This document shows positions 37,938 to 47,210 of a DNA stretch of 64,000 bases, piece by piece (the first letter of the stretch is position 1; each line of letters opens with the position of its first letter). Under the pieces are notes generated by a model. It had not been told where the DNA came from, searched no databases, and was given only the letters and a program-made list of their open reading frames with translations. A program made the translations under genes and the position numbers. The DNA comes from Patescibacteria group bacterium (lineage in GTDB: Bacteria; Patescibacteriota; Minisyncoccia; Moranbacterales; UBA2206), in the NCBI GenBank assembly GCA_030837625.1, contig JAUPKF010000002.1:168-64167 (forward strand), written 5' to 3'.

Positions 37938-38534
37938 TCATAAGTCTTCTTTGACAAATCGCAATTTCTTGGATTCATACCTGAAACCTTTTGCCGGAGT
38001 ATACCTTATTTGAAGATGGAACCCTTTCACTATTTCATCCAGCGCTTTGTTGGAACTTTTCCCATTATCCAAATCAGCAATCGCCCTTGACATATCATAG
38101 CCGAAAAAGGGATTCAGATCCCCCTCAATCAACTGTGTACTCTTGGTTTTTCTCAAAGTTATATACCCACATACCTCTCCCGTGTCAATATCTCTTTGGG
38201 CGATATGCATAGCATTTTGCCTTGAACCGAATTTTTGCGATAAAAAATGACCCAAGTCATCCCCACTGGGAGTGGCGACCAACATAGGTTCTTCTTCTCT
38301 GCCAACAAAAGAGTGCTCATGCAGAGTCGAATAATTTCCTGAATAATCCCTGGTTGCCAATTCAGTCTTTTCCATATCGACGTCGACGCTATCTCGGGAT
38401 GATACTTTCGAAACGTCGACCATCTCCTTGCCAGGCACGCGCAAATAAGCATGCTCGACAGCAGGATCGGTTTTTTCAATAATTTCTTTCGGGCTGATTT
38501 TTTTAATCACTCCTTCATATTTTGATTCTTTCAT
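37938..38534 (-). CDS. hypothetical protein (198 aa)
   Basis: intact ORF, no recognised motif. Confidence 0.45.
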   Translation of the reverse strand: MKESKYEGVIKKISPKEIIEKTDPAVEHAYLRVPGKEMVDVSKVSSRDSVDVDMEKTELATRDYSGNYSTLHEHSFVGREEEPMLVATPSGDDLGHFLSQKFGSRQNAMHIAQRDIDTGEVCGYITLRKTKSTQLIEGDLNPFFGYDMSRAIADLDNGKSSNKALDEIVKGFHLQIRYTPAKGFRYESKKLRFVKEDL

Positions 38535-38754
38535 ACTCTTTTTTTAAAGTTAACCTTTTAAACGACGCTTCCTGTTTCTAATATTACCAAAATCAACCCG
38601 CAACATCAAGAACATGTACAAGTCCACCCACAATATGCAATTGACTGGACAAAAGTCCATTTGTAGTATATGGTTAATCCATAATAATCTTATCTAGCCG
38701 ACACTGGTTTTGCCGACGGGGGATTCCCGCAACGAGTGTCTGGCCGAAAAAACT

Positions 38755-39024
38755 ATGGCATTGAACGCCAAGCAGAAGCAAAAAGTCACCAAAGAAGTGG
38801 TGCGGCACGAAAAGGACACCGGTTCGCCGGAATACCAGATCGCGCTTTTTACCGAGCAAATTAAGAAACTCACCGCTCATCTCAAAAAAAACGCTAAAGA
38901 TTTCCACTCCCGCCGCGGACTTTTGAAAATGGTTTCCAAAAGAAAAAAACTGATGGAATACCTGAAGAAAACTAATGAGAAAGCGTACAAAGCGGTTATT
39001 AAAAAATTAGGATTAAAAGGATAA
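38755..39024 (+). CDS. rpsO: 30S ribosomal protein S15
   Basis: [11 protein letters not shown]...[50 protein letters not shown] matches S15 throughout; start set at the internal ATG. Confidence 0.9.
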   Translation: MALNAKQKQKVTKEVVRHEKDTGSPEYQIALFTEQIKKLTAHLKKNAKDFHSRRGLLKMVSKRKKLMEYLKKTNEKAYKAVIKKLGLKG

Positions 39025-39521
39025 TGTCAATTTACAAAGAACAACGTGTCGGCGTGCTCGTCGACATTCAAAATCTCTACTACTCCGCCAAAGTCATCCA
39101 TCAAAAAAAGGTTAACTTTGGAGCGGTTTTGAAAGCGGCGGTGGGCGATCGCAAACTTATACGCGCCATCGCTTACGGCATCAAAACGATGGAAGGATTG
39201 GAAGAAAAGTTTTTTGAAGCTTTGGAAAAACAGGGGTTTGAAGTCAAAACCAAAGACTTGCAAATTTTTCCCGGCGGAGCCAAAAAAGGCGACTGGGACG
39301 TGGGCATCGCCGTGGATGCTATCAAAATGTCCAAAAGCTTGGATGCCATCGTTCTGATTTCCGGCGATGGGGATTACATCCCGCTGGTGAAATACATCCA
39401 ATCCACCACCGGCTGCCGCGTCGAAGGCGCCGCCTTCAAAGAATCCACTAGCGGAAAATTGGTCGAAGAACTGGATGACTTCATCAACATCAGCGAGAAC
39501 AAGAAAAAATTTCTTATTTAA
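39024..39521 (+). CDS. NYN-domain (LabA-like, PIN-like) protein
   Basis: VGVLVDIQNLYYS...VLISGDGDYIPLV, typical NYN pattern; lies between rpsO and pnp. Confidence 0.7.
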   Translation: MSIYKEQRVGVLVDIQNLYYSAKVIHQKKVNFGAVLKAAVGDRKLIRAIAYGIKTMEGLEEKFFEALEKQGFEVKTKDLQIFPGGAKKGDWDVGIAVDAIKMSKSLDAIVLISGDGDYIPLVKYIQSTTGCRVEGAAFKESTSGKLVEELDDFINISENKKKFLI

Positions 39522-39665
39522 TTTACGAACTACCTGCCCGAAATGCTTCGACGCTATCTGAGGTTAAATAATAACCTACGAGCTGAATTAGTTAATCAGT
39601 GTCGATAATAAGCAACCAGTTGGCATTTCGAAGCAGGCGGGCGAAATTAACAGCATACGAAAAAT
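39521..39665. mobile_element. MITE (ctgcccgaaatgcttcga family)
   Basis: aatttacgaactacctgcccgaaatgcttcgacgc ... ggcatttcgaagcaggcgggcgaaattaacagcatacgaaaaatg. Confidence 0.75.
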
Positions 39666-39923
39666 GCCCGAAAGGGCGTTTTTTATACCAAAAATTTGAC
39701 AAAGCGCTTGAAATAAGCTATATTTTATCCACTAATCAAAGTAAATTTATAACTAAACAAGGGCTTTTTTGAGCGAAGGTAAGCTCAAAGATTAGAATCA
39801 GAAAACAAAGCCACAACCCAGAGCTTAAAGAATTAAGTTTTGAGTTGTAGTTTTGACTTCTTTTTCTAACTTCCGCCTATGGCGGAGAATTTACTTCTAT
39901 CGCGCGAAAGGCCTTGCATAATT

Positions 39924-42026
39924 ATGCAAGCAAAAAAATGGTCTCTCCAAATCGGAGGGAGAATTCTTGAGGTTGAAACCGGACTTTTAGCCGGACAAGC
40001 CAACGGAGCAGTGACTGCGCGCTATGGCGACACGGTCGTTTTAGCCACCGCGGTTATGAGCAAATCGGCTTCGAGAATAAGCGGCTATTTTCCACTGATG
40101 GTGGATTTTGAAGAGCGCTATTACGCTGCCGGAAAAATCAAAGGTTCCCGCTTTATCAAACGCGAAGGCCGGCCGTCAGACGACGCAGTTCTGGCCGGAC
40201 GGGCGGTTGATCGAACTATCCGACCGCTTTTCAATTCCCGGATGAGAAATGACGTGCAAGTAATTTGCACCGTTTTGAGTTACGATGGAGAGAACGACCC
40301 AGATATCGTGGCTATCATCGCCGCCTCCACCGCCCTTTCCATTTCCAACATCCCTTGGAACGGACCAGTGGCAGCTGTTCGCGTGGGGCAAGTTGGAGAA
40401 GAATTGATTCTTAATCCGGTAAACGGAGAACTCGCTGAAGGAAAATTAGACCTAGTTCTTTCGGGAACCGAGAATAAGATAAATATGGTTGAATGCGCCG
40501 CCAAAGAAGTGCCGGAAGACGAAGTGCTCAAGGCTTTTAGCTTTGGACAAGAAGCCATAAACAAAATTGCTTTATTTATAAAAGAAATCCAAAAAGAAGT
40601 CGGGAAAGAAAAAATGACGCCAGCCTTGGTGCAAGGAACTCCGGAATTTGAAGCCAAGATAAAAGAAATTTTGATGACCGAAGGATTAGCCGAAGCGCTG
40701 TACGACAAAGATAAACAGGTTATTGAAGAAAAAACCAAAGCCATCGGTGAAAAAGTTAATGAATACATAACCTCTAATTTTTCTGAAGGGATTGATAAAT
40801 TAAAAGAAATCGCCGAAATTGTCACAGAAGAGGTTTCCGACGAAATTGTGCATAAGAACGTTCTGGAAAAAGAACAGCGCCCAGACGGCCGGAAATTGGA
40901 CGAGATCAGAAACATCGATTGTCAAGTCGGCATTTTGCCCCGAACGCACGGCACCGGACTTTTCACTCGCGGAGAAACCCAAGCCCTCACAGTAACCACG
41001 CTCGGCGCGCCTGGCGATCAACAAGTTATCGACACGATGGAAGTGGATATGAAAAAAAGATACATTCATCTGTATAACTTCCCTCCATATTCAGTCGGCG
41101 AAGTCCGCCCGATGCGAGGACCAGGAAGGCGCGAAGTGGGCCACGGAGCGCTAGCTGAAAAAGCGCTTGTTCCCGTACTTCCTGATAAAGACGAGTTTCC
41201 CTACACCATACTTCTAGTTTCAGAAGTGCTTTCTTCCAACGGATCATCCTCGATGGCTTCCACCTGCGGATCAACCTTGTCCTTGATGGACGCCGGCGTG
41301 CCAATCAAGCGTCCGGTCAGCGGAATCGCCATGGGGATAATCGTTGGTGATGATAAATTCAAAGTATTGACCGATATCCAGGGACTGGAAGATCATTACG
41401 GAGATATGGATTTCAAAGCGGCCGGAACGGAAAAAGGACTGACCGCACTGCAAATGGACGTCAAAGTCGACGGAGTAACTCTGGAAATGCTGGAAGCCGT
41501 TCTTAAACAGTCGCATAACAACCGAATGGATATTCTCGAAAAAATCGTTGCCGCCATCCCCGCGCCTCGAACTGAAATGAGCCAATACGCGCCTAGGATT
41601 GTCATCATGCACATCAATCCGGACAAGATTCGAAACGTCATCGGCACCGGCGGAAAAATTATCAACGAAATAATCGACGAAACCGGAGTGGAAATCGACA
41701 TCGAAGACGACGGCTCAATATTCATCACCTCCACCGACAAAACTTCCGCCCAAAAAGCTCAGGAATGGATCGACAACCTCACTCATGAAGTAAAAGCTGG
41801 AGAAATATTCAACGCCAAGGTAACCCGCATCATGAACTTCGGAGCTTTCGCCGAAATCCTTCCTGGGCAAGAAGGACTGATTCATATTTCCGAAATTGCC
41901 GACCGCCGGATTGACCACGTGGAAGATGTCTTGAAAGTCGGAGATATAGTGCCGGTAAAAGTCAAAGAAATCGACCAGCAAGGCCGGATAAATCTATCCG
42001 CCCGAGCCGCGGCCAAAATATCCTAG
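39924..42026 (+). CDS. pnp: polyribonucleotide nucleotidyltransferase (PNPase)
   Basis: two RNase PH domains, KH (IGTGGKIINEI) and S1 (GEIFNAKVTRIMNFGAFAEI) domains; start set at MQAKKWS. Confidence 0.95.
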   Translation: MQAKKWSLQIGGRILEVETGLLAGQANGAVTARYGDTVVLATAVMSKSASRISGYFPLMVDFEERYYAAGKIKGSRFIKREGRPSDDAVLAGRAVDRTIRPLFNSRMRNDVQVICTVLSYDGENDPDIVAIIAASTALSISNIPWNGPVAAVRVGQVGEELILNPVNGELAEGKLDLVLSGTENKINMVECAAKEVPEDEVLKAFSFGQEAINKIALFIKEIQKEVGKEKMTPALVQGTPEFEAKIKEILMTEGLAEALYDKDKQVIEEKTKAIGEKVNEYITSNFSEGIDKLKEIAEIVTEEVSDEIVHKNVLEKEQRPDGRKLDEIRNIDCQVGILPRTHGTGLFTRGETQALTVTTLGAPGDQQVIDTMEVDMKKRYIHLYNFPPYSVGEVRPMRGPGRREVGHGALAEKALVPVLPDKDEFPYTILLVSEVLSSNGSSSMASTCGSTLSLMDAGVPIKRPVSGIAMGIIVGDDKFKVLTDIQGLEDHYGDMDFKAAGTEKGLTALQMDVKVDGVTLEMLEAVLKQSHNNRMDILEKIVAAIPAPRTEMSQYAPRIVIMHINPDKIRNVIGTGGKIINEIIDETGVEIDIEDDGSIFITSTDKTSAQKAQEWIDNLTHEVKAGEIFNAKVTRIMNFGAFAEILPGQEGLIHISEIADRRIDHVEDVLKVGDIVPVKVKEIDQQGRINLSARAAAKIS

Positions 42027-42122
42027 TCGAAGCCTAGCCAATAATCAGAGTTTGTTGTAAAATAAAGGTGGATTGATTTCCATCTTTATTTTTATTTTTA
42101 AAAAGAACCCTCCAACAAAAAA

Positions 42123-43382
42123 ATGTTTGAAAACAAAAACTTTTCTTTCGGCAAAAAAAGCTCGCCGGCCGCAATTCCAAGCTCAAGCGGAATAGACGCA
42201 AGCGCCCCCATCTATACTATGGAAAAAGATCTGGCAAGCCTGGAAACATCAACCGCAGATCTCCCGCAAAATAAAAAAATATCTTTCCAGGATCTATCCC
42301 GCGAAACAAAGCTAGACAAAAAAGAACCGACTTCCGCTCCGGAGAAAAACTACGTCCCAAGTCCTTTTTTAGCAGCTTCCGCGCCGGCGAGCGCTCCCGC
42401 GGAGAAGAAATTTGCCCCAACTTTACCCGGCAATAACCTCTCTAATAACATTCCCGTCAAAACCCCCGTCAAAAAAGAGGCTTACACCCAAAACATAACT
42501 GCGCATCCTTCGATAAAAATAACAAAAACAGCGTCCATTTGGGGAAAAACTATCCACATATCCGTGACTATTTTTATCATCCTTCTTCTGGCTTCAGGCG
42601 GCTATTATTATTTTCTCAATTATGGCGCGAATCTTTCCGGTTTTGAAAAAATAACAAACTTGCTTAAATCAGTTATGCCTGGAGAAAACCCTCCCGCCGC
42701 CGATAAAAATAATCCAATTGAGCCAGTAGGAGAAACAGCAGAAGAAACCGAGGAAATTGTTCCGAAAAACATTCTTTTTTCGATTGAAAATCCCAACTAT
42801 CTCAACGTGAATCAGGAAGATCTGACCGCGAACAAAGCAAAAGAAATATTGCTCCAGCAAGGCAAAAAAATTAAGGAGCAAAGTATAAGCACTCCCGTAG
42901 AATTTATCGTTTCTGACAAAAGCAATAACCCAATCGGATTCAAAGTTTTCTCCGCCGCGCTGGGAATAAACCTTTCCCAAACAACACTCTCCGGATTAGG
43001 AGAAGATTTCAGCCTGTTTCTTTACAACGAAAACGGCATAACCAAATTAGGACTGTCCATAACATCAATTGAAGACAAGGAACTGGAAAAATCCATCTTG
43101 GCCGAAGAAAAGAACCTCGCTCGCGCCATCGAACCGCTATTTTTGTCCAACAATTACACCATCATCGATAAAGACTTTTCCTCAAGCTCGCACGGCGACG
43201 CCAAAATCCGCTTCATAAATATAGTTTCCCCGGAAGACCTTTCCATCGACTGGACGGTTTACAAAGGAAAACTGATGATCGGAACCACCCGAATGACGCT
43301 CCGATCCATAATTGACTATACTGCCAAAACGAATAATTCTAGTTTGCTTGAAAATAGCGAACAAACTGTGGATAACTTGTAG
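42123..43382 (+). CDS. hypothetical protein with Ala/Pro-rich N-terminus and one TM (419 aa)
   Basis: TM IHISVTIFIILLLASGGYYYF; low-complexity N-terminal region. Confidence 0.5.
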   Translation: MFENKNFSFGKKSSPAAIPSSSGIDASAPIYTMEKDLASLETSTADLPQNKKISFQDLSRETKLDKKEPTSAPEKNYVPSPFLAASAPASAPAEKKFAPTLPGNNLSNNIPVKTPVKKEAYTQNITAHPSIKITKTASIWGKTIHISVTIFIILLLASGGYYYFLNYGANLSGFEKITNLLKSVMPGENPPAADKNNPIEPVGETAEETEEIVPKNILFSIENPNYLNVNQEDLTANKAKEILLQQGKKIKEQSISTPVEFIVSDKSNNPIGFKVFSAALGINLSQTTLSGLGEDFSLFLYNENGITKLGLSITSIEDKELEKSILAEEKNLARAIEPLFLSNNYTIIDKDFSSSSHGDAKIRFINIVSPEDLSIDWTVYKGKLMIGTTRMTLRSIIDYTAKTNNSSLLENSEQTVDNL

Positions 43383-43526
43383 GAAACCCTCCCGAATCGC
43401 TCTTTCTATAAGTTCTAAGCAAATAAAGAGATTCTCTTTTCTCCCGAGAAGCCAGCGATAAATTTAAAAGATAATCGAACAAGAAGCAAAAATACTGTTA
43501 TAAGAGGGCTTTTCTGGATTTCACAT

Positions 43527-43555
43527 TGACGCGCTGCCGATTTTTTGCTATAATG
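43527..43555 (+). promoter_or_regulatory. near-consensus sigma70 promoter (TTGACG-17-TATAAT) driving a non-coding region
   Basis: ttgacgcgctgccgattttttgctataat. Confidence 0.55.
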
Positions 43556-43561
43556 AACAAG

Positions 43562-43725
43562 TAGATTGGAACTTTAACAACTCGTTTCTCTCCAAACGAA
43601 TGGCAGAAAAGTTTTCAATCGCAATTTCCCCCTATTTGCGATTGAAAACTTTTCTGCTGTCCAAGTGTCCCGACCAACGCGTCGAGACCGCTCCGACTTC
43701 TGATATCGGAGACCCTAAACAAAAA
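43562..43725 (+). ncRNA. candidate small structured RNA of unknown class
   Basis: immediately downstream of the promoter; 22-bp perfect hairpin ggcagaaaagttttcaatcgcaa/ttgcgattgaaaacttttctgc and a second hairpin tccgacttctgatatcgga; no ORF. Confidence 0.3.
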
Positions 43726-44066
43726 CAAAAAATTTTTTATTAAAATAAAAATAAAAAATAAAAAATAAGTTCTTTTCAATCCAAAGGCTAAAAGCCAGAG
43801 GATGGCAGAAAAAAGGCAAGTTAAATCAGAAACTATGCCATAAAAAGTCGTACATAAAATACACGCGGTCTAATAATCGTCGAATATGCCTCTCACCCGG
43901 GCTATAACGGTTGCCGACCCACGTGTTAGTATGACCAACACTGTGGGCGTCAGCCTATAATTTTTATTTATCGGGCTTCGACGCCCACGGTTTCCAACCA
44001 AAAAAGTCATTTTTGAGGAACGCCGTGAGGCTGTTTTTTTGTTGCTTTTTACTCTATAATACGCAT

Positions 44067-44453
44067 ATGACAATTACACCAAAACGAAACTTCGGCGATC
44101 TGGGCGAGAAATTAGCCGCCAAATACCTGAAAGACAAAGGTTATCAAATTTTAGATACCAATTTTCAAAATAACCTGGGGCGAAGATTGGGCGAAATAGA
44201 CATAATCGCCAAAGACACCGCCAAAAATGAATTGGTTTTCGCGGAAGTGAAAACCAGGGAACTGTCAAAATACGGCGATACTCTGCCGGAAGAAAACATC
44301 ACCCGCGGCAAAATGATTCGCCTCGCAAAAATCGCCGGCGCCTACATCCGACTCAAACGACTAGAAGATATGGATTATCGTTTTGACGCCTTGTCCGTCT
44401 GGCTGGACGCGCTATCTAAAAAAGCCAAAATCAAACACATAGAAAGCCTGTAG
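44067..44453 (+). CDS. yraN: YraN-family endonuclease (UPF0102)
   Basis: LGEKLAAKYLKDKGYQILDTNF...GEIDIIA...VFAEVKTR...RFDALSV pattern; -10 tataat at 44054. Confidence 0.75.
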   Translation: MTITPKRNFGDLGEKLAAKYLKDKGYQILDTNFQNNLGRRLGEIDIIAKDTAKNELVFAEVKTRELSKYGDTLPEENITRGKMIRLAKIAGAYIRLKRLEDMDYRFDALSVWLDALSKKAKIKHIESL

Positions 44454-44541
44454 ACAATAAATATTTTTCTTGCTAGAGTTGTAGTATAACAGCCCGTAAA
44501 CTTATAAATTCATAAAGCAATAAGCGGTTATTGTTTTTTGA

Positions 44542-44913
44542 GTGGTTGAAAAACATATGACACTGGACAAAAAAACATTAGAAGAACTTAGGACGACGCT
44601 CTTGAAGGAAAAAGAAGAATTGGAAAAAAACTTAGGAAAAATCGCGCGCCCGATTGACAAGGAAGAAGGGGATTATGAAACAACTTTTTCCGAAATCGGA
44701 ACCGACAAGGAGGATAATGCCACGGAAGTGGACCAATACACCCAAAATCTCTCCGTGGAAAACACCTTGGAAAAGAAGCTCCAGGATGTTTTGGACGCGC
44801 TGGAACGCTTTGAAAACGGAACTTACGGAAAATGCGAAAATTGCGACAAGGAAATCCCGCTCGAAAGGCTTAAAGCTAATCCATCCGCTAGAACATGCAT
44901 AAAATGTAAATAA
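44542..44913 (+). CDS. DksA/TraR-family C4 zinc-finger protein
   Basis: coiled-coil N-terminus; C-terminal CENCDKEIPLERLKANPSARTCIKC. Confidence 0.75.
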   Translation: MVEKHMTLDKKTLEELRTTLLKEKEELEKNLGKIARPIDKEEGDYETTFSEIGTDKEDNATEVDQYTQNLSVENTLEKKLQDVLDALERFENGTYGKCENCDKEIPLERLKANPSARTCIKCK

Positions 44914-44953
44914 CCCGATTCGAATCTGCGAATGAATCCGAATTTACGAATGA
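44914..44953. repeat. REP/MITE half-element (cccgattcgaatctgcgaatgaatccgaatttacgaatg) at the dksA-like stop / lspA start
   Basis: begins at the taa stop codon; supplies the atgaatccgaat (MNPN) start of the next ORF. Confidence 0.65.
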
Positions 44954-45450
44954 AACACATTGTTCTATCTTTTCCTATATTATTTTTGATTTCCATCGAC
45001 CAGCTTTCTAAATATATTATCCGCGTAAAAGGCGGATTTTATATTTGCAACACCGACCTGGCTTTTGGATTGAAACCATCGTATTTTTTAGTATTTGCTA
45101 TAATATTAATAGCTATATTATCCTTAGTCGCGGTCGGAAATAGCAAATTCAAAATTACAAATTTCAAACAAATAACAATATCAAAATGCAAAACTCAAAA
45201 ATCGCTCTGGTTTGAAAAATTTGAATTTGTAATTTTGAATTTATTTGGAATTTGGAGTTTTGGATTTGGGATTTTACTCATTGCCTCCGGTGCGATATCA
45301 AATATAATCGACAGAGTATTATATGGCTGCGTCATCGACTTCATCGACCTTCATTTCTGGCCGGTATTCAATTTGGCGGATGCCTTTATCACGATTGGTG
45401 GTATAATGATAATCATGAAACACGTAGCATACAACACGAAACAACCATAG
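44932..45450 (+). CDS. lspA: lipoprotein signal peptidase II with an in-frame GAATTT-repeat insertion
   Basis: LspA motifs ([23 protein letters not shown]); the segment [20 protein letters not shown]...[18 protein letters not shown] is encoded by repeat 45118-45262; the N-terminal MNPNLR is repeat-derived and the true start may be MKHIV (44950). Confidence 0.75.
   Translation: MNPNLRMKHIVLSFPILFLISIDQLSKYIIRVKGGFYICNTDLAFGLKPSYFLVFAIILIAILSLVAVGNSKFKITNFKQITISKCKTQKSLWFEKFEFVILNLFGIWSFGFGILLIASGAISNIIDRVLYGCVIDFIDLHFWPVFNLADAFITIGGIMIIMKHVAYNTKQP
45118..45262. repeat. GAATTT/GGATTTT repeat with internal dyad symmetry inside lspA
   Basis: aaattcaaaattacaaatttcaaacaaata...aaatttgaatttgtaattttgaatttatttggaatttggagttttggatttgggatttt. 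Confidence 0.65.
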
Positions 45451-45494
45451 CAAATTTCTTGTTGTATGTTTCATGTTTTATGCTTCATGAGCTT

Positions 45495-47021
45495 ATGTCT
45501 TCCAAAGTACTCTCCGCCACAACTATCGGACTCAAAAGCGAGCTTGTCGAAGTGGAAGCGGACACGGTTACGGCCGGCCTTCACCAGTTCAATATTGTGG
45601 GGCTACCTGACGCGGCCGTCAAAGAATCGCGTGACCGAGTCGGCGCGGCTATCAGAAATTCCGGTTTCAAGCCGCCGCACCGAGCCGGACGCGTCACGGT
45701 CAACCTGGCTCCGGCCGATCTGAAAAAAGAAGGGCCGATTTATGATCTGCCCATCGCTCTCGGCTTTCTCCTGACGACAAAGCAAGCTTTTTTCGATTTC
45801 AAGAACAAACTATTTCTGGGAGAACTGTCCCTGGATGGAAAAGTGCGGCCAGTAAAAGGAGTCCTTTCGATGGCGATTTTTGCCAAAGAAAAAAATATCG
45901 CCGAAATATACGTTCCGCGTGAAAACGCCCAGGAAGCCTCCGTTATAGAGGAAATTTCCGTTATTCCAGTCGGCTCTCTCTTGGAAGTTTTAGCCCATTT
46001 GGCGGGAGAAACGCTAATCGCCCCCGCGCCCAAAATAAATCTCGATGAACTTTTTCTTGACGAGGAGCATCTAGTGGATATGTCTCACATCAAGGGCCAG
46101 GAACACGCCAAACGCGCTTTGGAAATCGCCGCGTCCGGAGGACATAATGTCATCCTTAATGGTCCGCCCGGATCGGGAAAAACCCTTTTGGCTAAAACGA
46201 TGGTTTCCATTTTGCCCAAACTTACTATCCCGGAAGCTCTGGAAGTAACCAAGATATTTTCCATTGCCGGACAACTTCCGCGCGGCCAAGCTCTTATCAC
46301 CAAGAGGCAATTCCGCTCACCGCACCATAGCGCCAGCGCCGTATCGCTGGTGGGCGGAGGAACGTTTCCTAAACCCGGAGAGATCAGCCTGGGTCACCGC
46401 GGAATTTTATTTTTAGACGAGTTTCCCGAATTCCAGCGTTCGGTTTTGGAAAACCTCCGCCAGCCCCTGGAAAACGGCATGATTTCCGTTTCCCGGGCGC
46501 AAGGCACGTTGGAGTTTCCCGCCCGTTTCACACTGGTGGCCGCCATGAACCCTTGCCCTTGCGGCAACGCCACCGATCCGGAAAAGGCCTGCTCTTGCAA
46601 TCCCGCCTCGGTCATACGATACCAGCAAAAAATTTCCGGTCCGATTATGGACAGAATCGACCTTCACGTAGAAGTGCCCCGCCTAAAATTCGAAAAGTTG
46701 TCCCAAAGCTCGACCAGCGAAGATTCGAAAGCGATCAGAGAAAGAGTGGAAAAAGCCAGAACCATCCAAAAAGAAAGATTTTCCGGCTCCAAAATAGTCA
46801 CCAACAGCGAAATGGAAAGCGAGCAAATCAAAAAGTTTTGCCAACTCGACTCTTCTTGCATTGAGCTGATGAAAAGCGCAGTCACCAGTTTGCACTTGAG
46901 CGCGCGCTCATATTATCGTATAATCAAAGCCGCCCGCACCATCGCCGATCTGAGCCAATCCGAAAACATCCGACAAGAACATATCGCCGAAGCGCTGCAG
47001 TATAGGTTTAAAACAGAGTAG
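45495..47021 (+). CDS. comM: YifB/ComM-family Mg-chelatase-like AAA+ ATPase
   Basis: N-terminal Lon-like domain (ELVEVEADTV...FNIVGLPD), Walker A GPPGSGKT, Walker B ILFLDEFPEF, C-terminal Mg-chelatase domain; start set at MSSKVL. Confidence 0.9.
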   Translation: MSSKVLSATTIGLKSELVEVEADTVTAGLHQFNIVGLPDAAVKESRDRVGAAIRNSGFKPPHRAGRVTVNLAPADLKKEGPIYDLPIALGFLLTTKQAFFDFKNKLFLGELSLDGKVRPVKGVLSMAIFAKEKNIAEIYVPRENAQEASVIEEISVIPVGSLLEVLAHLAGETLIAPAPKINLDELFLDEEHLVDMSHIKGQEHAKRALEIAASGGHNVILNGPPGSGKTLLAKTMVSILPKLTIPEALEVTKIFSIAGQLPRGQALITKRQFRSPHHSASAVSLVGGGTFPKPGEISLGHRGILFLDEFPEFQRSVLENLRQPLENGMISVSRAQGTLEFPARFTLVAAMNPCPCGNATDPEKACSCNPASVIRYQQKISGPIMDRIDLHVEVPRLKFEKLSQSSTSEDSKAIRERVEKARTIQKERFSGSKIVTNSEMESEQIKKFCQLDSSCIELMKSAVTSLHLSARSYYRIIKAARTIADLSQSENIRQEHIAEALQYRFKTE

Positions 47022-47027
47022 GAAAAA

Positions 47028-47201
47028 ATTCACCTAATTGTCTAATTACCTAATTCACCTAATAAAATTCCCAAACGACCCAAGGTCAAATAAAATTCCT
47101 AATGCCCGAATCAAAAAACATTTGGAACTTGGAATTTTACTGAAGAATTTTTAATTTGACATTTTATTAGGTGAATTAGAAATTAGGTGAATTAGAAATT
47201 T
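47028..47201. repeat. about 170-bp imperfect palindromic 'ttcacctaatt' element (copy 2), inverted relative to copy 1
   Basis: ttcacctaattgtctaattacctaattcacctaataaaattc ... ttttattaggtgaattagaaattaggtgaattagaaattt. Confidence 0.75.
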
Positions 47202-47210
47202 GGGCACAAT

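Noticed and set aside
43870-44073. 67-aa minus-strand ORF in the long non-coding region
   Set aside because: It has no RBS, is Arg-rich low-complexity, and overlaps the yraN promoter. It is more likely non-coding.
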